A stretch of 63,986 nucleotides of DNA, filler included, from Dimargaris cristalligena (Eukaryota), in NCBI GenBank assembly GCA_003614675.1. It is 3 parts of 3 records of this genome, joined end to end, with 100 filler letters (N's around TTAATTAATTAA, not from the genome) between each part and the next. Parts side by side here need not be neighbours in the genome. Positions count along the whole stretch, not along the records: positions 1 to 22,739 come from ML002626.1; positions 22,840 to 45,530 come from ML002627.1; 1 more part is not named here. The stretch is one strand, 5' to 3'. Both the position numbers and the translations under genes were made by a program. Below, piece by piece: positions 11,694-23,303 of this stretch. Position 1 is the first letter of the stretch. The number at the start of each line of letters is the position of its first letter. A model generated the notes under the pieces. It was not told the origin of the DNA, did not search any database, and saw nothing but the letters and a program-made list of their open reading frames with translations.

Positions 11694-14600
11694 GTCAAGG
11701 GAATGGGGTGGTTCGCTACAGGAAAATAAGGTTTATAGAAAAAGGAATCGCATTCTGTGTCCCTACATCCGACAGCGCAGGCCCGTCTCATAGCATCAAG
11801 GGAGGAGAGGAGGGTTTGGTCAAAATTCAGAATATATCCCCAAGCCCACTCTTGTGTAGTGTAGGTAGACAGCGGCTCTGTCCACCGTCGCCTTACTCCT
11901 ACGGAGCCGCAGCTTCCGGATTATTCCGGACCCTTCCCTGCCCAACAGCCGGGCCGCACCATTCCGCTAGCTACAACCGTCAGCCAACTCCAATATTTTT
12001 CCTATATTATCGAAAGAGCTAAATTACAGCATGACTAGTCGACGAACAATGATGAGAATCTCGGGCAAATCTCAGTTAAACGCCGCTTTGAGCGAATCGG
12101 ATATATTCTTGGGTAGGGGAATTGCCCCCCCTGTGAATCCCGTGCCGTTCCAACAAGCAGACTAATAACGGCAGCGGCAGCTAAGTTGATCCCTTGCATT
12201 GGTTAGCCAACGTAGACTGAGGGTGTATCTTCAATACAAACGCTGTATATAATACTGGTCGTCATTGAATGCCCTTACTGTCTATAGATTAGGAATAGCG
12301 GTATTCTAAAATAAGACCGGCCGACTATCTGGCATGATTCACCGTGTCGACGTAGAGTCGACTATACTGATTTACCGATGGAGGAACAAATTACATGTTC
12401 CTCTAATTTTAACGCTTATTATCCGCTACTACGCGGCCAATACCACTTAGTCGCATTGCTTTCCGCATTCGGCAGCAATGGGTACAGGTGAGGTATTACC
12501 GCCTTTTAGATTTTATCACCATCCCACTGTTACAAACTGGGCAATACAAACAGTAGACGTGGCTTGAAAAGGCCCAGCCAGATGTTTCCTTCTACAATAG
12601 CTTTCACACAGTTCATTAACCAGTATATTGGATCATCGCTATTCAAGATGACTCCAATTATAATAAGCATAGTACGAATACGTCATTTAAAATGTATATT
12701 TTCAAGGGAACGGTTGGGTCACTTGGGTGTACCCAACGGCATCTCTGCCACTTAAGCTAGCATTTCATAAGTACCTTGCGGTTTCATATTGGTCTACCAT
12801 CGCGCGGCACCACCAAGATCCTCTTCCGATTCACGGCACTATTTAAATATAGAGGTAAAGTCATCAGGGTGGATTGTCAAAAAGGTCGGTCGCAGAGCTT
12901 CCTGCTGTTGTCATACCGAAATTTAGCTCTGAGCAATCGACCTGCTTTACTGTCCGACGCTTAACCTTAGTCCGGTCTACACTAGCCTTGGCACCCATTC
13001 CCGTATCAACCAACCCTTGTGGATCGCGAGTACACTGTGGAGCACCGAAGTTTTTAATGAAATCGGCGTCCATCAAATGGATTGAATAACTGCCTTACAT
13101 TCTGGAATAAGTTAATAGACATACTTAGAAAAAAGGGAGGGGTGTGATTTATCTAACCTCCGAATTATGTGAAGCTGATGTTACTGCTTGTGGTCGTTTT
13201 CGAAAATTACTGCTGGGTATTTCCGTGTCAAAGAAGCTAATTTGAACACCATGGCAGTTATGTCTTGTGTATTTAGTGATGGTACATGTATCAGTGTGCT
13301 GGTATAATCCGGGATATTTTCTTATAAGTACGCACGAATGCTGTTGTATCCTGTTTTAAACGGACTGGTGTTTTGGATAGACTATATGGAAGAACAGTTG
13401 GGGGCTGCAAAAGTAGCTGTGTTGCTTTGTAGGAGGACACCCTGATTAAATTGGTTAAGATGGGAATCCATGGCTGTGCAGTACAAAATGCGTTGTTGTA
13501 GTAAATAGATGCGGTATCTCGGCGGATCAAATTAAAAATATCGCTTTGCCCTTTTTCATGGCCCACCTATGCAACTGCAACAGATGTTCTCGTTGTAAGA
13601 CCAGTTAGATTTAGGTAATATTGGTTGATACATATCTGTCACTAGCATATCCATATTTTTAATAATAGAAAGGGGAAGATTAGCTTCATAACGGCTTTAT
13701 AGATTGCCCTGGGTACCGGTTGAACTACACAGTCGTACCCCCCGGTCGCTGCAGATGCTCCACTTGGGCGTTAATCACTCAGTATTGAGTGATCCTGAAC
13801 TTAAATCCGCTTGACAACTGACTTACTTTATTCCCCAAGGGCAATTCCTACCTGATTTGCTAAACACGAATCAATACATTTGCGAAGTAGGGGGAATGCG
13901 AGCAGGCTCTCAGTGAATACGTATTTTCTCGAAAACATTTTTCCGTTCGAAATGATACCCCCCTGCCTATTGCTATTATCTTAGCCGCACCAAGGGGAAT
14001 AGGGCGAAGTAAGGCCATAATCCACCCATATTTATCGGAGGGCGGTCACTGGGGTGTGTACTCTATGCAAGGTAATGAATAGTAGCCTGGTCCAATGCAA
14101 GATATAAAGCTACCTTACGTCAGTGATTCTATAGCGGGGCGTTAGGTAAGCCAGTAATATGCAGTAACCGGCGGTACCACCGGGATTGTTTGATTCATTG
14201 GTGATTGACGATACCTAACAATTAGAGGGAAACCGCGATGGCCCCTTGGCCGCTATCCCGCGATTATTTTTAGCGAAAGTCTCTGTTGTTATTTCCAATC
14301 ATTGTGGTTAGGTCTACATATGTAACTATCTTTAATCGTTCCTGAATGGGCGAGGGGGACCGACAATTACGAAATAGGCCAATGGTAGGGCCCTGGTACC
14401 TAGAGGGGGGGGGCACCCCACGGAGTGCTGAGTGGATGGTGGGAGGAGAGAATCCCACAGGCAGGTGTCTGGAGGAAGGGAGGGAGGGCTAAAGCTAGCT
14501 ATGAGAAACGGGTGAACATTTAGTCGGCCAGTCCAGGCGGTTCTAATTATAGCTCCGACGGGAATGGAGGGGATGGCTACTGGCGAGTGGGTGGTGATGA

Positions 14601-16269
14601 AAGTATTAGTGAATGCCCAAGGGGCAAGAGGCCGGGCGGGTTCGATGTAGTAAAAATAGCCTCAACCAAACGAGAACTATTGCGAATACAACCAGTGCAC
14701 CCCAAACCAGCCTAGGATGAGAGGATGGACGCGGCGACAGTCAATAATAGCGAGAGTGTGTGTGTATACATGTAAAGGCGCGAGTGAGTGATTAATAGGT
14801 TGAGTGAAACATAATAAACGAATGTGGAAGGCAACATGACGATCGACCGGGGCTGGTAAGTCATCATGGATCACATTGCTGACTTGTACAAGAGCCAAGG
14901 CCTATTAGGTGAGGGAGGGATCTGCCCTGGTACCACCAGCAGGACTTTCTTTAGGCGGTCACCGTTCACGGCCGGTTTGTTATTGACTCAATGGGGGAAG
15001 GTGGTGGTGGTTGAGACGAGGCCCGTTGAACTCAACCTCGAATCAGGAATAGTTCAGAGATTGTCCGGCCTGGATTGGCCGAGTCGAGGTGGTTGGGACA
15101 TTGGGTGGTGGTGGTAGGGGCCGGCGAATGGGAGAAAAAACTAAGCGTCGACTTTCCCCCTCCGCAGACTCCGCCCACTCACCTTGTCGTACACCTAAAG
15201 ATGTATTAGTAGGGATGTGCCCCAATATTGGTGGGACCAGAAAACGAGAGATTAATGTTCTCCAATGACCAGCCGGGGATGGACCTGGTTGGAGGAAATT
15301 TATGGATGGTCTATTGTTGCCATTGACAAATGGCGGGAATGGTAATTTGGTACGCCTATGGATTGCGCTGACGGATCCTGTTTTTTGATAGTCGTGCGTC
15401 CAGGAACCTCCCACCAACCATATTGCCAGCAGTCAGGATTATGATGGGGGGATACCCATGGAGAAGGGGTGGTGCAGAGAGATTGGCCTCGGGTTCCCAT
15501 TAATAGTACAATAATCAAGTGGAATGATCTACCCGGCTCCCCCTCCTCCTTTGGGCTTCACTACTTCCCCCTTGTGCAATAGCCCACCTTCCCCTTCCCT
15601 TCCCCACTGTCTCCTCCGCTTGTGGCGTGAATTAAACACGCTGCCATTGGGCTCGGAGGCTCCTATATCTGCCCGGCAGTGCTCCTGGTATACCGCGCGG
15701 CCTCAGTCTTGTGATGAATGGGGGCCGACTATTTAACAATCCCGATTCCCGTCGCCTTCCAGAGGTTGTTTTCCTGTTTATTATATAATAAAGGCCTAGC
15801 GCTTTATTTGATTGCCCCCCTCATTATATGACCTCTTTACCTATATTGTTATTCTATATATACAATCCAACCCCTCCCGGCATTATTCCCCATCACAGCT
15901 GAAAGACCACCTCTTGGCTTTCACTTAACGCCTCTTCCCCATACGCCTCCCCCATTGTCACGGTAGCGCCCGCCCGCCATATTTGGGTTAACTCCTAAAT
16001 CCTGCTACCTTTACCGACCTTCTTACCCTCCCTCCCTAATGCTCCCTTGATTTGCTTCCTAGCTTCTCATTTACTATTAATAACCAGTGTCGCGCTTGTG
16101 TGACATTAATTTCGGACTCCTACTTTGATAGTACGGTTACTCGAGTTAAAACCTCTAATTTGTCCCCTATCGGTCACTTTTATTTTACATGATTGATAAT
16201 TATCATTAATTAATTTACCCTGTTTCTCCCCCCTAGTCCAATCTTGTTTGTACCGTTTCTATTTTCACC

Positions 16270-18159
16270 ATGAAGATTATCACTCTACTTGGCCTGGCCT
16301 TTGCCTCCGTGGCTCTGGCCGCCCCCAACAAGAACACCTGTTCCGGTATCCGTTACCGTAAGGAAATTCATGACTGTTCCGCCGACGAAATCAATCGCCT
16401 GGTCAACGCCATGTTGAAGCTCAAGACCAAGCAGTCTAAGCGTTTCCCTAATCTGAACCAGTGGGATGAATTTGCCTACCGCCACTCCAGCTTCCACGGC
16501 GTCACCCACGGCGTGGACGTGTTCCCCGTCTACCACCGTCTGTTCATGAACGAGTTGGAACTCCTATTGATTGAAATCGATTCCACCCTCGTGTTCCCCT
16601 ACTGGAACGCCCCCTTTGATGCCTACGCCCCCGAGAAGAGTGCCATCTGGTCCATCGTGGGGTCCTCCCAGTTGGAAGGTGCCGGCGCCGGTTGTGTGCC
16701 TAACGGTCCCTTCAAGGACTGGAAGTGTACCTACCCCTCTAACACCGACTGCATTCGTCGTGGTTTCGACCCTAATGTCGCCGCCAAGTGGCGTCTGTGG
16801 AACCAGGAGGAAGTGGCCAACATTGTCAACAACTACAGTGGCTACAATGATTTCCGTCAGTACATTGAATTGGGTATCCACGGTCAGATCCACAACATTG
16901 GTGACTACCAGGGTACCATGTCCCACGACTACTCGCCCTACGATCCCCTGTTCTTCTTTGTCCACTCGTACGTTGAATTCCTGTACGTCAACTGGCAGAA
17001 GAAGCACGATACTGGATTCAACAACTACCCCAATTTGAGCCAATCCATTCCCTGGTACAATACCACCGTGAGCTCCGTGCTTGATCACACCCAGTTCTGT
17101 TACGACTACTTGCTCCCCGGAGCCACCGGTCCCGTGGTCAACCCCACGCCCAACCCCGATACTACCTCTACCTCGTCCGCGGATGCCACCAGTGCCACTA
17201 GCTCGGCCATTTCCACCAGTGCTTCCTTGTCCGATTCGGTTTCTGTTAGTGCTAGCTCCTTGGAATCCTCTTCCGCTGAGTCTTCCGACTCCGTTAGCAG
17301 CACCTCAGTGGATACTACTTTGCCCACTGGCTCCGTTAGCAGCACCTCCTCGGATGCTGCTTCATCTTCGTCCTCCGGTTCCGTCGATGGCAACTCCTCT
17401 GAATCCTCTTCCGCCGACTTTACCGTTAGCGGTACTGGTATTTCTTCCGACTCTGCCTCGGCCACCGGCTCCCCCGCCCCTACCGATGACTCCAGCGTCT
17501 CAGGTAGTGCCACTGCTTCGGATGAGGCCTCCAGCTCGGTTACCTCTACTCCTGATACTGATGTTCCTTCTTGCCAATACCCCGTCCCCATTCCCGAAAT
17601 TGACCTGCCCATCCTGAAGCCCTCAGGCTCCTGGGCTGAGATGAACGGTTTGACCGCTGAGGTGCAGAAGAAGCTGGACGATACCATCAAGGAGGTCCAG
17701 GTCATTATCCAGGAAAGTCTGGCCCAGAACAAGCCCGTTCTTCCGCTTGGTTGGAATGAAGATGGTACTCCCTCCGGACAGGTCGCTGTGGTGCCTTCGA
17801 ACCCCGCTGTGTCCCTCCCCAGCCAGATCTTCACCCCCTCTGTTCCTTCCACTCCCATCATCCCCCCTACCATCACCCACGCTGTTCCCGGCAATAACTA
17901 CTCCGGCCTTGATGCCCTCAAGGTGCTGCTAGGTAACATCATCACCGCCTACCAGCGCGGCTACAGTCACGTCCAGGTCCACGTGATCATTCAAACCTCT
18001 GACGTGAACTCCATCCCCAAGGACCCTCTCTACCGCATCATCTCGACTTGCGGCATGAATGCCCAGGCCGTGGAAGCCCTCACCAACCTCTACAACCGCA
18101 TCTTCGATGCCATTGCCGCTGGCTACTCCAACATCACCGTTGACCTCTACTTCAACTAA
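16270..18159 (+). CDS. Secreted tyrosinase-like di-copper protein with Ser/Thr-rich linker
   Basis: Signal peptide MKIITLLGLAFASVALA. CuA site H...THGVDVFPVYHR (H-x8-H) and CuB site HGQIH...SPYDPLFFFVH. About 140 aa Ser/Thr tract. Strong C-ending codon bias. Confidence 0.9.
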   Translation: MKIITLLGLAFASVALAAPNKNTCSGIRYRKEIHDCSADEINRLVNAMLKLKTKQSKRFPNLNQWDEFAYRHSSFHGVTHGVDVFPVYHRLFMNELELLLIEIDSTLVFPYWNAPFDAYAPEKSAIWSIVGSSQLEGAGAGCVPNGPFKDWKCTYPSNTDCIRRGFDPNVAAKWRLWNQEEVANIVNNYSGYNDFRQYIELGIHGQIHNIGDYQGTMSHDYSPYDPLFFFVHSYVEFLYVNWQKKHDTGFNNYPNLSQSIPWYNTTVSSVLDHTQFCYDYLLPGATGPVVNPTPNPDTTSTSSADATSATSSAISTSASLSDSVSVSASSLESSSAESSDSVSSTSVDTTLPTGSVSSTSSDAASSSSSGSVDGNSSESSSADFTVSGTGISSDSASATGSPAPTDDSSVSGSATASDEASSSVTSTPDTDVPSCQYPVPIPEIDLPILKPSGSWAEMNGLTAEVQKKLDDTIKEVQVIIQESLAQNKPVLPLGWNEDGTPSGQVAVVPSNPAVSLPSQIFTPSVPSTPIIPPTITHAVPGNNYSGLDALKVLLGNIITAYQRGYSHVQVHVIIQTSDVNSIPKDPLYRIISTCGMNAQAVEALTNLYNRIFDAIAAGYSNITVDLYFN

Positions 18160-18560
18160 ACCCATTCGGTAGCTTTTTTTCTGTTGATTTAGTATCGCCA
18201 TTCCCATTCAGCTATGGTTCTCTTAGCATTCGTACCATTGCATACCCATCTCTTTTCCAATGGCCCTCTGTTTGTTCGTTCATTTGATTTCAATGAGCCT
18301 TGATGGATCTCGGCTAATTACGCGTTACCTTGATGTTAAGTATTAATGAATAACCGGGGGTTTTAAACCCTAATAATATTTTTAGAATAGTGAATCTAAT
18401 GTGGTCCGTATAGATAGAAGATACTATTTTTCAAAAAATTTCAGACTTGGGGTGGATTTTAGTTGAGCGGACCGCCACCGACCCAGCAGTGAAAGTTGGG
18501 GGAGTCGAGGCTGAAATATCTAATATTAGCTCGGTCATACTCAAGGCTACTGCCTACCAG

Positions 18561-18568
18561 GTCACGTG
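18561..18568. promoter_or_regulatory. GTCACGTG E-box upstream of the candidate RPA14
   Basis: Exact motif about 280 nt upstream of ATG 18849. Confidence 0.45.
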
Positions 18569-18848
18569 CCAGCTTTGGAAGAGCGAGGAGAGAGTGCTCT
18601 TGCTGGATTTTTAACCATCGCGTAACTGGATCCCTTTTTTTCTTTTGGGCGTAAAGTGAGGGCAAGTTCTGGCTGTTTGGCTTAGTAGAGTCTCTATCGA
18701 GTAGCGTTTAACCACCACTTTAGGATTACTCCAACTCGGCATATATTTTTTTTTGCATTCCGATTCAATCCATTTCATTTTTTTCAGCCAACCGCCCCCA
18801 CTCCGGTTGCACTTGCATTCAGCCACTCCCCGTATTCAATATTCGACA

Positions 18849-19073
18849 ATGAACAACACGGCCGTTGTCCGACCCCGCCGTCCTTTGCAAATCCATGTCA
18901 TATCGGAGGAGCCCCTGAAAACCGAGGAGGCCTGCCTAGGCCTTAGCCGTTTTCTCAAGCAAGAAACCGCCGTGTACCTCGCCCCACCGGCCATCGTTCA
19001 CCAGCTCAAAGAAGTCGAGAAGGCGCTGAACCCAAGCGACTCGGTCGAAGACGATTCCATGAAGGAAGAGTAA
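18849..19073 (+). CDS. Small 74-aa protein, candidate RNA polymerase I subunit A14 (Rpa14/Ker1-like)
   Basis: ATG at 18849. The pattern PLQIHV...EEAC..LSRFL...IVHQLKEVEKAL resembles the two-helix core of A14 as recalled from memory. Codon usage is gene-like. Confidence 0.55.
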   Translation: MNNTAVVRPRRPLQIHVISEEPLKTEEACLGLSRFLKQETAVYLAPPAIVHQLKEVEKALNPSDSVEDDSMKEE

Positions 19074-19627
19074 ATTAACCCTCTTCCCCTAGTGGGAGGG
19101 ATGGCACTGGTAGATACCGCCGCCCCGTCTTCACATTTTGAATGGCAGATTTCATATTATGGGCTAATTTCGCTTAATTGCTTCCACTTTCCGTCATGCC
19201 GTTTTTTTTCTTATTCATAGTGAAAAAGTATTATTATAGGCCGTCTAGGGCCGGCATGTAACTGTGCATTTACCAATAACCGACCGCACCATTTGTTTTT
19301 CGAAGTTGACCATTTACTGTAAAATCATGATAAAGATTTATTTAAATTATATGTACGAGGGCTGAAGTATCCGCATATCTGACCTAATTCTTCCTCGAAG
19401 CCCAATATACCATTTTGTCCGTTTTACGAAGGTGTTGTCATCATTCGCTACTAACTTTACACTTCTTCGCGGCCGACTCAGTTTGATTGGAATCAGATCT
19501 AGTGAATTGCGAGGTTGGTAGAATCCAAAAGAAGCATGCTCCATTAGTGGATTGTCAAGCACTGTGACTAGTAGGGGGTATCCAACCCAAGTCTCGACCC
19601 TATGCCGGTAAAACTTATGGACGCTAC

Positions 19628-21322
19628 TTACTTTTCGACCTGATGGGCCTTCCTATGGCGGGCCTTGGGGCCCCAGTTCTTCTCGGGGTTCTCCTGGTAC
19701 CGAACCAGGTTAATGCGACGCGATTCGGCTTTGGCCTCGGGGTGCCGCGTGAAATTGGCTTCCAGGGTGGGCTTTTTGCTCAGGATACGAACGGCGGGGG
19801 ATTCCTCGCCGTACTTGGACAGGGCCACGGGGTGCTTCTTGGCCCAACAGCGCATAATGTCCCACATGACCTCGGCGGGCGCGTTCGTCTTGATGGACCC
19901 GGGCTGGGTGTGGGAGCCGGACACCTTGAAGCCAGCGTGGAGGAGGGCCGAGCAAAGGTCGGCTAGCGGAGGGGTAGTGCAGTGGATAGCCCCACTGAGA
20001 TTCGCCAACGAGTAAAAAAACGGGGAGGTGTGGAGTTCCTCCGAGATGACCTTGACCATGCCCATCATGCGGGCGTGGGTACCAAATGCGGTCTTGTTCT
20101 TCTCGATTAATTGGTACATCCGCTGGGCGAACTCGGGGTCGTGGATGGGGCTGAGCCAGGCGGGACCCCCTAGTTGGTATCGATGGCCGCAGAACTCACA
20201 GTTGCGGTCCACTGCCGGTCCCGAGCTAACGTGGAAGGTGGTGTTGGTGCCCTTGGTCCGGGCCTGGCCGAACGTATCGGTGTGGAAGGTAAAGCAGGCC
20301 GGGCAGTTGTACACCACGCCGGTGTGGCACAGAGTTTTCTTAACCTGGGCGGGACCCGTGTACACCCGGACAAACACGCGGATATAGAAATCAATGCTGC
20401 ACGAGATCATGGGGACGATGTACCGCCGGTAACGGGCGGCCGAAGTTTGCAGGGCGTGGAGAAGCAGCCGCAGGGCCATCTCGTGGCAGTACCCCGATTT
20501 CACCGGCGTGCCTCCGTATTTGGCGAAACAAACTTCCGGGTAGTTACTGCCAGCGAGGACCGCCAGATCGGTACAGGTGACGCAAAGGAGGCCCCCGTCA
20601 ATAACCGCCTGCACGGCCCCGTCAATGAATTGGGCCGCCGAGCCGTACGGGTCCAGATCCACCACGTGGAACTGCTTCAAGGGGTTGCTCCGGCTCTGGT
20701 ACATGACGGCACACGCGTCGCCTAGATTGGGCCGTACAATCCCCGAAGCCGTGTCAACGTCGGCGTCGGCGTCGGCGCGGGTCAAAAGGCCATTGTAGAC
20801 TAGGTTACGGCGGATCGACTTGACCGCATCGGGTTCCAAGTCGTTGGCCACAATACGCTTAACGTGCGGGATTTCGAGGGCGTAGCGGACCGACCGGAGT
20901 CCCGTGGCGGACAGGGCCTCGAGAATGGTGAACTGTTTGGGGGCTACAAACGGAGGGGGCAGGGAAGCCACTACCTGATTTTCCCCGTCCTTCTCGGCCT
21001 TGAGTTGGGCCGAAGCAGCCGGATTATCAGGTTTCGTAGCGGCCGCTTGTCGCTCGGCTCTAAGGCGGGTCTTCCGTTCGGCCCGGGCTTTCTGTTCCTC
21101 AAAGTAAATTTCGCTCCAGGTGCGAATAGCCGCAATGGACATGTCGCGGTTAAACTGCTGGACCGGATTGTAGAACACTTCGTTAGTATCGGGAAACAAA
21201 ATGGTCGCCTGGCCTTCGGTAATGAGGCGGTAGGTCTGCCCGTCGTACTCGGTCGTGGTGGGCTGGGGGGTGGTGGCCTCAGTGGCAACAGCCACCGGTG
21301 CAGATGTCTGGGGGTCAGTCAT
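19628..21322 (-). CDS. TRM1: tRNA (guanine-26 N2,N2)-dimethyltransferase
   Basis: Motifs VFYNPVQQFNRDMSI, ILEALSATGLRSVRY, VDLDPYGS, GGLLCVTCTD, IDFYIRVFV and RYQENPEKNWGPK. Confidence 0.97.
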   Translation of the reverse strand: MTDPQTSAPVAVATEATTPQPTTTEYDGQTYRLITEGQATILFPDTNEVFYNPVQQFNRDMSIAAIRTWSEIYFEEQKARAERKTRLRAERQAAATKPDNPAASAQLKAEKDGENQVVASLPPPFVAPKQFTILEALSATGLRSVRYALEIPHVKRIVANDLEPDAVKSIRRNLVYNGLLTRADADADVDTASGIVRPNLGDACAVMYQSRSNPLKQFHVVDLDPYGSAAQFIDGAVQAVIDGGLLCVTCTDLAVLAGSNYPEVCFAKYGGTPVKSGYCHEMALRLLLHALQTSAARYRRYIVPMISCSIDFYIRVFVRVYTGPAQVKKTLCHTGVVYNCPACFTFHTDTFGQARTKGTNTTFHVSSGPAVDRNCEFCGHRYQLGGPAWLSPIHDPEFAQRMYQLIEKNKTAFGTHARMMGMVKVISEELHTSPFFYSLANLSGAIHCTTPPLADLCSALLHAGFKVSGSHTQPGSIKTNAPAEVMWDIMRCWAKKHPVALSKYGEESPAVRILSKKPTLEANFTRHPEAKAESRRINLVRYQENPEKNWGPKARHRKAHQVEK

Positions 21323-21627
21323 TGGGACCCACTTAAGAAGCTATAAAACAATAATATAAGCTAATCCGGAAACGCGTTGGAAACAAAAATAATAATACGC
21401 GGTATAGTCTAAATAAATAAACGCTAGTGAATGGGGGTTTCAAAGTTTAGAGATGCTGGTTGGGCCCGCTTTTACCCCCTCTACTCCATTGACTAGTACC
21501 AATGGGCTACTTGTGAATTTTCCGCTCACCTTGGCATTTAAATATCCTTGTCGTCGTACATCTACGGTTGTAGTCGACCTTATTGGGTATCAGCATTCGG
21601 GAGGGTTACACTATTATGGGTTACATA

Positions 21628-21636
21628 GTCACGTGA
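21628..21636. promoter_or_regulatory. GTCACGTGA E-box upstream of TRM1
   Basis: Exact motif about 305 nt upstream of the TRM1 ATG (21322, minus strand). Confidence 0.45.
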
Positions 21637-21898
21637 TTTTAATGAAAGGTCTTCAATATTGGTCCTCCTCAATTGTATGTCCATCCATAAGCAGATATAT
21701 GTTTTGGCCAATGACAACACTCAGTTACCTGCACATGTTGCAAATAATAATTGACTTTCTCAAATAATTGATCACTGTATGATGGGAGGGTTGGTAACAG
21801 AGGCTCTAAGAAAATAAGAGGATAAAAGTCTGTGTTATACATTTAGCCCAAATCAAGTTTAAACAAGTAGCCACAGTCTTTCAATTCCATTTTTGAAA

Positions 21899-22491
21899 AT
21901 GAATGTATTCCTATTGGCCCTTCTAATCCAGCTTAATCTGGATATGATAATGGACTAACCATATTAGGCCTTAGAGTGCCATATTTAACCTGCACATAGT
22001 CACCCCTCAGTACTATGGGATCATCCCATATCATATAACCCTTTCTGGCCTCTGGAGTCCCATTTAATCACTCCTGGGTTGATCTAACTACTCTTCTAGT
22101 TCCCAGTAGAGTCTTCCATACCCTTATACCATCCGGTTAGCATCTTATCAATCAGTAGTCATAGTAGTATTTCCCTTTAGGACCTCCCCTTTGGAGTAGT
22201 CCCCTGTGTATATATAACCAGCCCCCATTTGGACCAGTTAGATTCTTTGGCTTATTATTTCCCCCTTAGTTTACCTCAATAAACTCTATATATACATACT
22301 CCCCTATACCGACCCATAAGTGTGCCTGCTGCACATCCCTTGCATAAACCAACCAAATCCACCTTTATTTGGTTAGTACCACCCCCATACCTGATACTAG
22401 TAGCCCACTTAGCTGAGTCTAAGCCCCACCTACCATTAGAAACCTATCCTTGGGACTCTTGATGGACTAAGAGTAGTAAGCCCAGGCAACA
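21899..22491 (+). mobile_element. Degenerate LTR, copy B (may begin near 21776)
   Basis: Aligns with the reverse complement of 485-1078. It ends in ...cccaggcaACA and is CpG-depleted. Confidence 0.7.
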
Positions 22492-22574
22492 ATTCCTAAA
22501 GTACTGTTGAGATTATGGGCCAGGGTAGATACACTTAGTAACTTAATTATCATGACAATAATAAAAATATATGT

Positions 22575-22630
22575 TGTGGTGAACTTACCACATTTTTTAC
22601 TTACTTTTATTTTTAATCCATTTTTTGCGC
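22575..22630 (-). repeat. Copy of the repeat at 1-56
   Basis: The reverse complement gcgcaaaaaatggattaaaaataaaagtaagtaaaaaatgtggtaagttcaccaca matches positions 1-55. Confidence 0.8.
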
Positions 22631-22739
22631 TTATTGGAAGTACACCCCTGATGAGTGAATGAGCCCCTGTCCCTGACTAGATGGTACCCCTGCATTCACA
22701 CTGCCCCTGGCCCGACTGCACCCCTGTTCAAAGAATAGC

Positions 22740-22839
22740 NNNNNNNNNNNNNNNNNNNNNNNNNNNNNNNNNNNNNNNNNNNNTTAATTAATTAANNNNN
22801 NNNNNNNNNNNNNNNNNNNNNNNNNNNNNNNNNNNNNNN
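22740..22839. other. Assembly gap / artificial contig spacer
   Basis: 100-nt N run containing TTAATTAATTAA, which gives stops in all six frames. Confidence 0.98.
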
Positions 22840-23303
22840 AGCCGGGCTAGTAAGGCGTATTTCTCAGCCGCTTGGTCGTCCGGCATAACGATATGGCAAC
22901 GATAGCCCTTGGCGCGCGCGATCATGGCCAGGGAAATGCCGGTAGAGCCTACCGTACCCTCGAACAGGCACGAGTCGGTGTGGGGCCGTAGGTCACCGCG
23001 GGCCTCGGCCATTTCGACCATGGTCAAGGCCACCCGGTCCTTGGGGCTGCCACCTGGATTCAGAAACTCGGCCTTGGCATAGATCTGACAACCCGTGGCC
23101 GCGGAGAGACTGGGTAACCGTACCAGTGGGGTATTTCCAATTAAACCAGCGACGCCCTCCACCACCCGCAAGTGGGTTGGAGACGGAGAGGCCGGCGAAT
23201 CTCCTGAGGGGTCACGACGGGAAGACGGTCGCCTGCTAAGGGCCCAATAGCCCACGAGAAGGCCGGCCAGAAATGAGAGGGTGAGGGGCAAAGGCGAACC
23301 CAT
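22840..23303 (-). CDS. Cysteine synthase-like PLP enzyme (Cys12/Mcy1 type), 5' part, truncated by the gap
   Basis: N-terminal TM anchor, then GLIGNTPLVRL, AKAEFLNPGGSPKDRVA (PLP lysine), EGTVGSTGISLA and HIVMPDD. Confidence 0.9.

Noticed and set aside
12860-13570. Possible pseudogene fragments on the minus strand
   Set aside because: Short frames broken by stops, no recognisable family, and not distinguishable from chance.
16564-17894. Long minus-strand and alternative-frame ORFs over the tyrosinase
   Set aside because: A by-product of strong codon bias and low-complexity sequence.
22640-22730. Repeated cccctg units next to the gap
   Set aside because: Irregular 6-mers in degenerate repeat DNA; not a CRISPR, telomere or regular satellite.
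22784-22795. TTAATTAATTAA inside N runs (also at about 45575)
   Set aside because: An artificial six-frame-stop spacer, not biology. Adjacency across the gaps may not be real.
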